Assembly: GCA_000182565.2 (NCBI GenBank)
Contig: KQ257457.1
DNA length: 64,000 nt
Strand: one strand, 5' to 3'
Origin: Spizellomyces punctatus DAOM BR117
Taxonomy: Eukaryota
This document shows, in pieces, positions 47,859 through 61,200 of this stretch. A program made the position numbers and the translations under genes. A model generated the notes under the pieces. It saw only the letters and a list, made by a program, of their open reading frames with translations. It was not told where the DNA came from and did not search any database. Position 1 is the first letter of the stretch. Each line of letters starts with the position of its first letter.

Positions 47859-50800
47859 TTATTCGTCACCACTTGCCGCCTGTGATATAGTGCCGGGATT
47901 ATCATACTCAACGTGCTGTAACGATGTTTTTAAATTGCTTTCGCCTCCTTCGGTTCCCCTTGACTGCTCCTCTTGTTCGTAGCCCCCATTAACCTCTGCA
48001 TCTTGACCGTTCGCATCCCCATTCACAGTCTGTGGCTTTCTAGACTCGTCAGCCTCATCAGAAACCAAATCCTCAATCTCAACATCTGTTGCCTCTAGTC
48101 TGTCAGCCTCTGCATCCATCAATGGCAGTGTCTGATAAGACGCATCTGTCTCATCTTGTTCCAGGGCGTTATCGCTCCACCCAAAAGAGGGCCTGGCGTC
48201 TGGTGATGGCCATCCCCAGCCGTGCTCAGTGGGCGACCGGGACCCTCTTGCGTCTAAAAACGTATCTCCTCCGTCATTCACAGAAGATTGTCGCTGGCCC
48301 CAGTCAAAACCCACAGAAAAAGAAGCCGCAGGGCTTGACTCCCGGATTGGACCAAAAGGCGTACGCTCTGAAGATGGAAGACATGGGCCGTGATCAAGGT
48401 ACACACCCGGTGTTGTTCTCGCCTTCCGCTCCCGATTAACCGTCTCGGACTCTTCATTATCACTACTAATAGCCGAGCCACCCAGCGACCCGGCGGGTGA
48501 CACCTGAGGCGAATTGTTGCGCGTCGTTTCGGCTGATGTAGTAATCGGCGAGACCAAGCCCGTTCCAGACGGCTGTGATAAGTGGGTGCCCAGCGGCATA
48601 GGAAATGGAGCGGAAGGCGTACGTAAAAAAGAGCTCAACGAAGATTGTTCGGCTCTGGCGGCGGCTGCGGCTGCTTCCGCCGCAGCGGCGCGTTTTTGAA
48701 CTTCTTCCAGAACTTTGGTAAGATCCGTTTTGTTGCCTTTGTGTCGGCGTTGATAGAAGAGGAGGTACGCCGCAGACGTCTATAATTAAACCAGTTAGAA
48801 CGGCAGAGACGTACATGTATATAGCACTTACTAACCATAACATCGGATTCGTCAGTTTTGCTGACATGACTGTCATCGAAATGGTACCATTGCGAATCCA
48901 AAGCATTTTTGGCGTAGGCAGTATCTGGAATGAACGCATAAGAATCTGTAATTACGGCTGTGCCTCTGTGCTGGCCACTTACAGTGTCCACCTCCCAGCC
49001 CCCCATAGTGATTTGACACCGCGAACAAATCGTAGACGAGAGACTCCTCATCGTCAGAATCCGTAGCGGGTTCATACAAATATCCGATCCCTTCGCGTTC
49101 TTCGTCGCAGGGTGCGCCTGTCCCCTCTGCCTCCTCCGGTTTGGGCGTCCGGGTTTTCGCATCTTGATACGCAGCTTCTAACTCCTCGTCATCTGCATCG
49201 ACCAGGGGCTTGTCTAATGATGTATCGATAGTTTCTGAATCGACACGTTCAGACACCTCCATGCGATCCAGTTCCGACGATGCCGAAGCCCGTAAGGAGT
49301 CATCAAACTTTTCTGATCGCACTGCAGAGGCTTCAGCTGCCGATTGCGCCAGATTGACACTGGGTTCCCCTACGTCCATTTCGTCCGCAAACACGCCGTC
49401 GCTTGTCAGGGCGCTTCCACCTGAACCCACCTCGACATGTTGAGCCCTCGCGGTTTCTGCGGGCTTTTCCTTGTTCTCTTCTGGCAACGATCCACGTGAC
49501 CGCCATTTGCGGGCAGGCTGTTTGCCAACCACCACCTTGGTGAGGTCAAGACCTTGTATAGGCGCGTCTACATATGAGTCTATTTTATCGCTCATCATAC
49601 TACGGTATCCGCGCCCGGCATTGGAAAAGCGTTTCAGATGAAATACTAGAATCTAAATAACACGTCGCATTAGGTTTGATCGTTAGCAATTCATGCGCCC
49701 AGTTGATTACCTCTGGTACAGTCCAGATATCAAGCTTTTTCTTTGTCGGTCGATGCTCTTTACATTGAGGGCAATACCAACTGTTGTCATCTCCAAGCAC
49801 CTCTTCTTTCCGATATTCATCAAAACAGTCTTGCAGGGTAATTACTTTCCTTGGTCCGTTACGCTTCGCTTCCCACTCAGCACGCACCGCTTCATTGCCC
49901 GGATCTTCGCGCGTCTGATGAGGACAAGTAGATGTAAGTTCCGCAGCCCTTGAGACAATGTATCAACTCATTACCCACCGTGAACGCGTCCTCCCGCAAT
50001 ACGTAACGGGACACCGTGGTTCTCCACTCCATGAACAGTACCGCTTCCGCTTTGAATGAGCGAATGGAACTCAAGCGCAGTTTATCGTCGTCGTCTGAGT
50101 CACTCGCAGAGGTTCCTCCAGTTCTCCGTATGGCTTGATGCCCTCTCGAGAGAGATCGAGGACGGCGAACATATGAATGTGTCTGCATCGGATCCGAATC
50201 GGATGCCTCATCATCTGCATCTGTCGAGTCTTCGTCATCATTCTGCTTTTGCTGTTGCTCCTTCTTGTACAGCTCTTCCCCATCATATAGTAAAGTTCTT
50301 TCTGATTGGTAACTGTTCCACCCGCTCTGATAAAAGTCTATCACGGGCGGGGAGTAACGTTGTGCAGCTTGGGAAACGGACAGGACGAAGAGATCTTTGA
50401 TGGGCTCACATTTAACATTGGGACTACTCTCGACAAAGCGAATTGAGTTCTCAAAATCAAGTAACACGTCACTGGCACAAGAATCGAAGGATTCCGGGTA
50501 TTCATCAGGAATGCACCTGAAGTCGTTCATGAAGGACTCTTTTCCCTCTATTCGGCGCATTTGCTGTAATTCTTGAAGTTTCTCATATACATCTTGGATG
50601 CGCATCGATCCTTGCTGGAGAAACAGTGGAAATCTCGTATACCTTCGCAAAGTCCTCAGTACTGCCCGATAAAGACGTTCACTCGAAATAGCGTCTAAAA
50701 GTTCATCAACTTCTTGTTGTTCTAGTCCTCCACAACGGTTTGGTGTGATGATTGTTCGCATTGTAGCTGGGACGGATACTATCAAGGGAATTCCAAATTG

Positions 50801-53491
50801 CTCCCGATCAGAACGTGACATATGTGTAGGCTCACGTGTAAAATAAACGGGGATGTGTCTGATGTTCGCCACAGTCCTCTCCGCGTGGGGAACTTCGAAA
50901 AGATCCCAGTCAGGAGCTCCCAATTCCACCACATAAACCTCATCCTGGGTACCAATAGAGGTTACGGGTTCTGTATCTTCAAAGATTTTGAAGATTTTGC
51001 CCTGGTAGATCTCCACCGCATACACTCCAGTTGTACCGCGGTCCGGATCGTTCCAACCCATTCGGCGTATGACCAGCTCCTTAAGTGTCGCAATCGTCGC
51101 ATCCTTTGGTAAAATTAGATGCAAGACCCGAGGAATATCATCCTCAATGCTCTTTCCAATCCCCGGTTGCGGCATCGTCCGTACCGATAATATGATTTGT
51201 CGATGATCTGGAATTGGGACCGATAAAAACATGTACGGGTCGAAAGTTACTGACCACTTGCCGCAGACGGTACATTCAACGCGACTTTTGTACTGGCCCT
51301 GGAAGAGGTCAACGATGACGGAGTCATTCCGCAGACTATATATTTCCCAAGCCTTTGCTGCGATCGCTTCCTCAGGCTGCCCATCCATATCGGGAGCTTC
51401 AATATACGGCTTTTTTAAAATACGATTCAGGTCCTCGTGCAAGCCATCAACCAAGAAGCCAAGAAGCTCTTGAGAGTCTTGCTGCGAGTAACCCGAAAAC
51501 ATTGGATTGAACCGGCCGATCGTGCTTTTAAAACCGCGTGGAGCAAAGCTACCAGGTCGATCCGGATCAGGGCGCCATAATTGGAGGATAAGATCGGCAT
51601 ATGCAGCTGCTACTTCTCCCTTCATTCCGAGGGGATTGTCTCGGTTTAGCTCCTTTTCCCACAGCCCTTTCAGAAAATACTTTGTGAGAGGCGGCGTGTT
51701 GCTTAAACACTGCAATGCAGAGTTCATAAAGCACGTATTTCCGAGGTTGCTGAGACCCGTTGCTCCCACGGGCAGTCTTGTTCTGGCACGAGTCAGACTG
51801 AACCCCGATATCGCCACGTGGGATGTCGTCTTTGTTTGTGGTGCTGGATCTTCACGTGAGACTGGTGACAAAGGTTGATACCCTAGCATAAGAGGCTTTT
51901 TATCGGCTTCATCTTTCCCTTCGTCCTCCGCCAAGGGATTATTCAACCTCCTCATTAACCGTTCCCGTTTTGTCTCGGCTTTTATGGGTATGGAGATAGG
52001 GGACAGGGCATCTCTGGTGTCCACAGGATCTGCGAGCTCCGGAAGAAGTCCGCTTTCATGAATCTCTGCCCTATTTCAAAAAATCCTGATCAGTCCTATG
52101 ACAGGATCTTCTCTTCATGTATCAGATCTTTCAGCTTGCCTGGACTTGTCTCCGGTCGCAGATTGCTCTTTATTACCATCGCTTTTGTCTGCATCAGCTC
52201 TAAGCGCATTCGTATCCGCCCTCGCATGCGCGTCATCCGCGCCGTTAACCTGCCAAGGAGTCCCGGGTTCCTTTGTTTCCAACTCTGCACGCTGCACTCG
52301 ATCCACATTTAGCTCCCCAAGAGTCTTGTCTAAATCAGTTACAAGTACTCTTCCTTTCTTTGCGATTAACCATAATCGTGCGTTTGAAGTCTCAACTTGC
52401 AGCGGTTTGCATATTTGCTGCAGCGCTTCAGATAACGTCTCACCACGGAAAAGAGCACATCGTTTGATCTCAGATCGGTCTTTGGATGCGTTAATATGGA
52501 CAATTTCGAGCTGATGAGGATATACGTCTAAAACCCATTTCGATTCGAGTGACTTGGGTTCTTTAAAGGTACGCCGTTGAATTGCATGCCTTTCGTGCAC
52601 CATCCCGTACCTAAACATAGCACATCAACGACACCGATCAGCTGTTCACTAAGAGTACTTCCGAAATTACCATCTCAACAAGAGCCGCCAGATATCTTCT
52701 GATACAGCAACAAAGTCCACCGATTCTCGAAGGTTATCTTGGATTTGAGTGCACGTTTTAGTGGTAAAGAGGGTAGAGTTATTGATTGGGCCTGGAGGCT
52801 CGTCGAGGGATCTGCCTTTGTCAGACTCGGATGACACTACGTATTCGCTCCAATTTCGAAACCTGCAGTGATGATCAATATAAATTTGGCAGCCATTACT
52901 AGTACATCTATAGGTGATATACCATGGTATTGCAAGCAGGAAATATATGCCCTCGCTCTTTTTTCTAATGCTTTCTTGGATAGCAAGTCTCAAAGAGTTT
53001 TGCTCTGACGGGGGCGGTGGCTGCTCCATTGGCTGAACAACCGATATACTGTTGAAGGCTGAGACTGGCGGGATTTTTGGTGAGGCTTCAGACTCAGGGT
53101 CATAAATGTCGTTCACTGTCGCAACTCCAGTCCAGTTGCCAATTTGTGCCATTACAGCTCCATTATTCAGCTCTCCGTCGTTCACTACCGACGATGATGG
53201 TCGAGACTTCTCAGAATGCTCAGCTATGGTAGGTAGATCCACCTCCATCGGGCCGGCAGCGTGGAACGGAGTTGACGGAACTAGCTCGGGATCTCTGTTA
53301 TAATTTATTGCAAATTCTTGGAAACCTTGGCTTGGTGTTGGAGTACGGGGAACGTGTGGGCTATGCTTTGGAGGTTCAGGAGAAAGTGCTTCGTTTGCCG
53401 GCCGCTTGAGAGTCGTTGCCGGAATGGGAATCGCCTGGGAAACGGAGCACGCTTTGTGGGCAGACGACGACTGCGAAATGGGATGCACCAT
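47859..53491 (-). CDS. UBP12: Ubiquitin-specific protease, USP4/15/Ubp12-like (DUSP-UBL-USP), multi-exon
   Basis: DUSP (PPGPINNS..W), Cys box [39 protein letters not shown], His box [24 protein letters not shown]. Confidence 0.93.
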
Positions 53492-54139
53492 GTATGGTGT
53501 GTCGCGCAAATAATAGTGGACTAGGGGGGTGTACTGACTACGGGCCCATGCGCGACAAACTCCAGGCCGCTAAGAAACCCACCGATGAGAAAACCAAAAG
53601 AGCTTCCCAAACTCCTACAAGTCAATCGTGTAGTCCTTCGTTTGTCATTGCATAGTCACGTGCCATGGAAGGTATTGCACTGGCACCATAGTTTTGTGTA
53701 TTGTTTATTACGATGATCGATCATGCATTTGCCTATCCATGTGGCAATTTGCACTCATGCTTTCATCTTGTAGGGCAGGGTCAAAGATGTTCCTTTCAAA
53801 TCTGGTCCTCATGAAAGGTTAAAGAACACGAGTTGCTTTCAGTATGTCATCGACTATCAAAAATGGGGACATTTGGACAGACATGGTATCAAAACTCGCA
53901 AAAACATACATCATGGCAGGCGAGAGTAAGTTGCCAAAAAGCAAATGCAAAATGCCACTTGCATCATCGGACTCGATGCTGAAAACGTTCGGGAAACTTC
54001 TGGAGGACGCGCGTGTCACTGGGCCGTCCCAGTGGTGGCACTGCGAGTCCCAGGGCACAAAAAGCTTTGCTTCCCCCAATCTGATCTCTTCTGTAAGATC
54101 TTCCCCCTTCTCCTCGATTGCTTTCTCACGCCGCGGAAC

Positions 54140-55043
54140 ATGATGGCCACGTAAGTGTTTTGACTTGCTGGTGACCTGAGAGGATCTGACAAGCGGTTCT
54201 TCGCTGTTTGGGGCACATCCTGATCTTGTCGTTTTTTCGCTCATCGTGCATTGTCATCTAGAGACAAAGCTCTTGCACCAGAGGTCCTTTGGGCTCAAAG
54301 AGCTGACGAACTATTCGTTACCATCAACCTCAGCGATGTCGAAGATCCGAAAATTGACGTAACCCCTTCCAGTTTGAAGTTTGCCGGAAAGGCACGGGGA
54401 AATCAATACGCTGTGACCATAGACTTTTACAAAGAGGTCGACCCTGAGGTACGTTTATACTATTCTTTAGGTGCCAAATACATATATACACAATATTGAC
54501 TTTGTCTAAACTGGCAGACGTCAAAGCAAAGCATCACTGCGCGAAACCTGTCGTTTGTTCTTGCCAAAAAAGAGAAAGGACAAGAGTACTGGCCTCGCCT
54601 TACTAAAGAGAAGGGCAAACTTCACTGGCTCAAGACTGACTTCTCCAAATGGAAGGATGAGGATGAAGATGATGAACCTGTACAAGCCGGATTTGAGGGA
54701 ATGGATTTCTCCCAATTCCAAGGAATGGGTGGTATGGGCGGTATGAGCGGTATGGGTGGTCTGGGTGGTCTGGGTGGTCTGGGTGGTATGGGTGGTATGG
54801 ATTTCGGAGCTGGTGGAATGGATTTTGGCTCTGTAAGTACTTCCGTAGATTCTGAACATTTAGGATCGGCGTTCTCATTTGTTTCACATTGCTAGGACGA
54901 AAAGGATTCCGATGACGAGGACGATGAAGGTATGGACGTTCTTGAACTGTCATTGCCGACAAGTAATAAAAGCGTACTGACATTACCGTGCAGATATGCC
55001 TGATCTGGAGGTTGCCCAAGACAAGACTGAGGACAGCGCTTGA
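54140..55043 (+). CDS. SBA1: Hsp90 co-chaperone p23 (Sba1/Wos2), multi-exon
   Basis: PEVLWAQR, YWPRLTKEK..WLKTDFSKWKDEDE, GGM repeats, DMPDLE tail. Confidence 0.93.
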
Positions 55044-55255
55044 GCGTTTGTGTTGTTTTTACCTGATTACGTGTACAGGGAATATGCACTTTTGTTTGGA
55101 TGCCTATGGAGAACGCGCGTGATGTTATATAGTGTATTACGGAAAACCATTCCGCATTCTGCAATAGATCACACTGCCCATGACAAACAAGAATTCATGA
55201 CCTGCAACCATCTAAAGCAGCTCAGCTGTTGTCACCGTTCTTGTAGATTGTTGTG

Positions 55256-58200
55256 ATGCTTCCTACTATCACGCGCGATGCCATTTCCCTGCCGCATCCC
55301 ATCCTTCATCCCTCACCATTTGGCAACAACAGTGGATGCGCTGGCATGTCGACCACACAGAGCTTCACAGGACATGTGGATCCTGATAGAATACCAATTT
55401 TCATAAACAGCCTACCAGATCGAGAACGGCGCATTCACAAAGCTCGACGAGCACCTGCCCCGTCAACGGCTCCTCCGGGCGGTCCAAGTAGCTTTCCCAC
55501 TAGCGATGGCAATACGAGATCTAATTTGGGGAAGGTAGGAGGGTTAGTGACGTCTGGCATGGGTTCCCGGAAGGTCTCCTTTCACGCAGGGGTGGGAGGA
55601 TCTGCAAAGGCTGGGGAACAGCGAAAGCGGGCGAGGAAGGTAATATGCAGCGTATGTCAACCTATCATTGATCTTCAAATTCATTCCTTGTTTGGCGATG
55701 TTATTCAGGTTGTTCAATCAACACTGTCAGTTGCGGATTACCATGTTTTACCCATGACTTCTTTGCAAAGCTCCTTGCAACCAGCGACAACTCCACTCTC
55801 CCCACCCCGTCGTCACTTTCAGCGTAAGCAAGGGAGTACCATAAGGTCGGACACCTTGGAAGAGCTTCGACCCAGCTCCAATGTTGTCCTGAGTCCGCGG
55901 AAGAAGCCAAAGATTGGAGACTCTGCCTCCACTGGTCCTCCCGGGGAGTATTCGCGGCCCAGACAAGTGGATCGTTATTCAGCAACTAGCGGCTTCAACG
56001 ATGGCAGCACGATCCGAGACGGAGCTGCCGTTCAACCAGCGATTAAGCAGAAACCTTACAATCCCGAAGAAGTCCGCGAGTACATGAAGCAAAAGCGGAA
56101 GCAGAGGAAGAAGAAAAAAGGATTAGATATAGAGGAGGTGCCGCAAGAGCATCATCATATGAGAATGAAGCCATACGACGCCGAGAAGGTGCGGGCGTAC
56201 ATGCAGCAAAAGTTACTACAGCGGGATCTAGAAGAAAAAGCCAAAAGGCACGCACACAAAGAAAAGGCCAAGAAGACCGCAGACATGCTCGACAAGCTTG
56301 ATCTGTATCGTCGACAACAAAGGGAGATTCTTAGAAGGAAGGTAGAGACCGACACGAAGCGTGGATTTACCTTCAAGGCAACAGTACATACAGAGTCTGG
56401 GGATGGGATGGCAGACAGCGGGTCAAAAGACTACCCAGATTCCCAAGACATTGCTGCAGATTTGAATGAGCGGCTAAACCATGATGTCGACCAGCGCAAG
56501 GACGCCGGAATCATTCATATGGAGACTGATGAGGCTGAGGTACAGAAGCGTGCCCTCAAGCGCGTTCGCTCAAATGCAAAAGACGTCACTGCAATAGCCC
56601 CCCTTCACCGTTCACTCTCAGCACCTATACATAAGGAAATTGAAACCGAACTCGCACAGCCTGATCAGCACAATACTCCACGACAGGCGTGGCTCCCTCA
56701 GCCTAACACATCACCAAGGACGACTAGTCATCCAACACCATCTCAGCGAACTCAACCCAATGGCACGTTTCAGAGACTTCAAGCGCTAATGGTCACAGCT
56801 GAAGCATTACATCAACGTATTATCCGAACCCTGCCCAACACTGACGATGATACTTCCGTAACTGAAAGTTGTGCAGACCAGTCGTCAATGGATTGGACAA
56901 AAGAAGACGTGGCTCCTAGTTCGAGGCAGACGGATCGAATTCGAAACAAGACCGACCAGCATGTCCAGACTTTGCCCAACACTGACGATGATATTCCCGT
57001 AACTGAAAGCTATGCAGGCCAGCTGTCAATGGATTTGACAAAAGAAGACGTGGCCCTTGGTCCAAGGCAGACCGAACCAATCCGAAACAAGACCCACCAG
57101 CATGTGCAGACCCTGCCCAACACTGACGATGATATTTCCGTAACTGAAAGCTGTGCAGACCAGCCGCTAAGGGATTTGACAAAAGGACACGTGGCTCCTA
57201 GTCTAAGGCAGACCGAATCAATCCGAAACAAGACCCACCAGCACGTTGAGCCGCTTCCGCCATTAGGTGATCTGGAGTCTCCACCAATAGGGGACAAGTA
57301 TAGCGTGATAAATATCTTTACAAGGAAATTTACCATTGCTACCCTCGTTGCCCCTCATGATGCTAACGAGATGGAGGCGACCTGCGATGACGAGGTCATT
57401 GGGGGAGACATCATTGATGGTAGTGCTAGCGGTGACCAGCCATCAGAAGATTTGGACCCTGATAGTCATGATTCGGAACAGAAGGACTCTCAGTCTCACG
57501 ACCCTGATCGTCATGGTTCGGAACAGAGGAACATTCAGTCTCACGAGCCCGATAGTCATGATTCGGAACAGAAGGACACTCAGTCTCACATTGAAAGCGC
57601 TTATGAGTTGTCCAAACGTGATAACAATCCAGAGATCATTCCAGCTGATGGCCGTAAGGAGTCCTCGGAAAGATTTGAATCCCTTCGAGACACAAGCGTC
57701 AGCGGACCATCCACCAGTAATCGCATGAACGAAGATATGTCACCTTCGCAATTTAGCGATACCACAGATTCATCCGCTGTCTCAAGCGAATACTCAACCT
57801 CCAGATCGCAAATGAGCTACAGTTCATTTAACTCTCGCCGACACAGCCAGCCGCCTCGAACCGGCCGCCGGAACTATCATCGTGCTCCTCGGCGGCACGG
57901 AAGCACACGAGATGAGCTATTGTGTCCCTCTAGGCGATTATCACCACACTCGTTGTCCAGAAAATTGATGGCGGAGATCAACTTGCTAGAAGCTATTGAA
58001 GAGTCTCGGATTCAGCTCGCCGAACTTGAGACAACTGGTCGAACTGCTTTTGCGCAGAGTGAAGCTGTAACTTTGACACAAATCTTGGCCGAACGACAAA
58101 GGAAACATGACCGTGATTTGGAGGAGGCCAAGTACGAGAGGGAGCTGAAGGAGGCACAAATGGATTTAGGTGCACATGGCGTAGCAGAGACAGGGAGTCA

Positions 58201-61200
58201 AGCGGAGAACCAAAGAAATGATATGTATGACGAGGACTTTGAGGAGTTGTCTGACTTATTGTCTGTTGGAAGCGGCACCGCGGAGCCTTCTGGGAAGGCA
58301 AAGGACTTGGAAGACTTGTCTGACTTTTTATCTGTTGGAGGCGGCACCGCGGAGCCTTCTGGGAAGGCAAAGGACTTGGAAGACTTGTCTGACTTTTTAT
58401 CTGTTGGAGGCGGCACCGCGAAACCTTCTGGGAAGGGAAAGGACTTGGAGGACTTGGAGGACTTGTCTGACTTTTTATCTGTTGGAGGCGGCACCGCGAA
58501 ACCTTCTGGGAAGGCAAAGGACTTGGAGGACTTGGAGGACTTTTTATCTGTTGGAGGCGGCACCGCGAAACCTTCTGGGAAGGGAAAAGAATTGGAGGAC
58601 TTGTCTGACTTTTTATATGTTGGAGGCGGCACCGCGAAACCTTCTGGGAAGGGAAAAGAATTGGAGGACTTGTCTGACTTTTTATCTGTTGGAGGCGGCA
58701 CCGCGAAACCTTCTGGGAAGGCAAAGGACTTGGAGGACTTGTCTGACTTTTTATCTGTTGGAGGTGGCACCGTGGAAGCTTCTGGGGACGATATTCCTGA
58801 AGATTTGCCACCGGAACCTGACTCTCCCGTCTCTACCGTTTCTGACCATGTGGTCCCGGCCGATTTGCCTCGCTATCTCTCTATTGCCGAATTGCAAACT
58901 CGGGAACAAGCAGCTGCTGCTGCAGATGCATCTGGAGTTAGTTTGGAAGAACACGCGTATGACAGTGACTCCTTTGTCCCTATTGTGGAGTCCAACGCTG
59001 TACACAAGGCGCCTGAGGACGGTCCAGATATCGTGGAAGAAGTCCAATCTCAGTACGATAACGACTCGTTCGCTTCATCTGTGGAGCACAGTGATTTACA
59101 TAAGAGAGAACTGGTCGCTGAGGACAATCCATGCGGTGAGCTGGCTCGTCGCATAGAGCTTCTTCGGCGACAGATTGCTGAACGGAAACGAAAAGCCAAA
59201 CTTTTATATCAAGAGAAGCTTCAAAAGCAGCAAACTGTGAGACAGCGGATGAGGGAGACGGAAATGAAGTTGAAGCAACAGTTAGAGGTACGGGGTTTCG
59301 GACGACTATACGTGCGCTTTTCAATGAAATCCAATTCATCTTCCTTTGCAGGCGATCAATTCCATCATTTATCGAACTGAAGCGGAGATTGTGACGATTG
59401 GCATGGGGGTGGAACTGGATGTCGAGAGTTATACGTCTTTGTCAGCTGCTTCTATTGCCCGACAGTCTGTACCTCTCGAGCAACGAGAACAAGCGGCGGC
59501 TGCTGCAGATGCATCTGGAGTTAGTTTGGAAGAACAAGCGTATGATAGTGACTCCTTTGTCCCTATTGTGGAGTCCAACGATGTACATAAGGACGGTGCA
59601 GATATCGTGGAAGAAGTCCAATCTCAGTACGATAACGACTCGTTTGCTTCATCTGTGGAGCACAGTGATTTACATAAGAAAGAACTGGTCGCTGTGGAGT
59701 CCAACGATGTACACAAGGCGCCTGAGGACAGTTCAGATATCGTGGAGGAAGTCCAATCTCAGTACGATAACGACTCGTTTGCTTCATCTGTGGAGCCCAG
59801 TGATTCACATAAGGGAGAACTGGTCGCTGAGGACAATCCGGCTGCCATGGATGACATCCAAAATGAATACGATAGCGACTCATTTGTCCCTATTGTGGAG
59901 TCCAACGATGTACATAAGGACGGTGCAGATATCGTGGAAGAAGTCCAATCTGAGTACGATAACGACTCGTTTGCTTCATCTGTGGAGCACAGTGATTCAC
60001 ATAAGGGAGAACTGGTCGCTGAGGACAATCCGGCTGCCATGGATGACATCCAAAATGAATACGATAGCGACTCATTTGTCCCTGTTGTCGAGTCTACCGA
60101 TTTGCACAAGGCGCCTGAGGACGGTCCAGATATTGTGGAAGTCCAATCTCAGTACGATAACGGCTCCTTTGCTTCATCTGTAGAGCACAGTGATTTACAT
60201 AAGGGAGAACTGGTCGCTGAGGACAATCCGGCTGCTAAGGATGAAGTCCAAAATGAATACGATAGCGACTCATTTGTCCCTATTGTGGAGTCCAACGATG
60301 TACATAAGGACGGTGCAGATATCGTGGAAGAAGTCCAATCTGAGTACGATAACGGCTCGTTTGCTTCATCTGTGGAGCATAGTGATTTACATAAGAGAGA
60401 AATGGTCGCTGACGACGGTTCAGCTGCGGTGGAAGAAGTAGATGAGGACGACAAGAACCGGTTTGTTTCGTTTGTGGAGCCCAGCGATTTATGCAAGGGC
60501 GCTGAGGACCATCCGGCTGCCATGGAAGAAGTCCAAGATGAGTACGATAGCGAGTCATTTGTCCCTGTTGTCGAGTCTCCCGATGTGCGCGTGGGAGAAA
60601 TGTCCGTTGAGGACAATCCCACTGCGATAGAAGAAGTCCAAGATGAGTACGATAGCGACTCATTTGTCCCTGCTGTCGAGTCTACCGATTTGCGCGTGGG
60701 AGGAGAAATGTCTGCTGAGGACAATTCCAATCCCACTGCGATAGAAGAAGTCCAAGATGAACACGATAGCTCATTTGTCCCTGTTGTCGAGTCTACCGAT
60801 TTGCCCGTGGGAGAAATGTGCGCTGAGGACAATCCCGCTGCGATAGAACAAGTCCAAGATGCATACGATAGCGACTCATTTGAGCCTGTTGTCGAGTCTA
60901 CCGATTTGCGCGTGGGAGAAGTGTCCGCTGAGGACAATCCCACTGCGATAGAACAAGTCCAAGATGAAGACGATAGCGACTCCTTTGTCCCTGTGGTCGA
61001 CTCTGTAGATTTACACAAGGAAGAGCAAGACGCGATTCTAGAGCAGGTGGATCAAGATGTGAAGCTCGATGTAGATTTATCCGCTAAAGGATTGGAGACA
61101 TCCGTGGACCCTTCTGCAGAGGAGGATATCGTTGACCAGCTTTTGGCGGACTTGTTGGACGACGCCATCAAAGGTGCGTTGGTCATTTGTGTTGTTCTCG

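Noticed and set aside
54727-54820. GGTGGT(A/C)TG microsatellite
   Set aside because: Encodes the normal GGM/GGL tail of p23 family proteins
57993-61018. Long antisense and alternate-frame ORFs over the CEP350-like repeats
   Set aside because: By-products of stop-free tandem repeats on the sense coding frame
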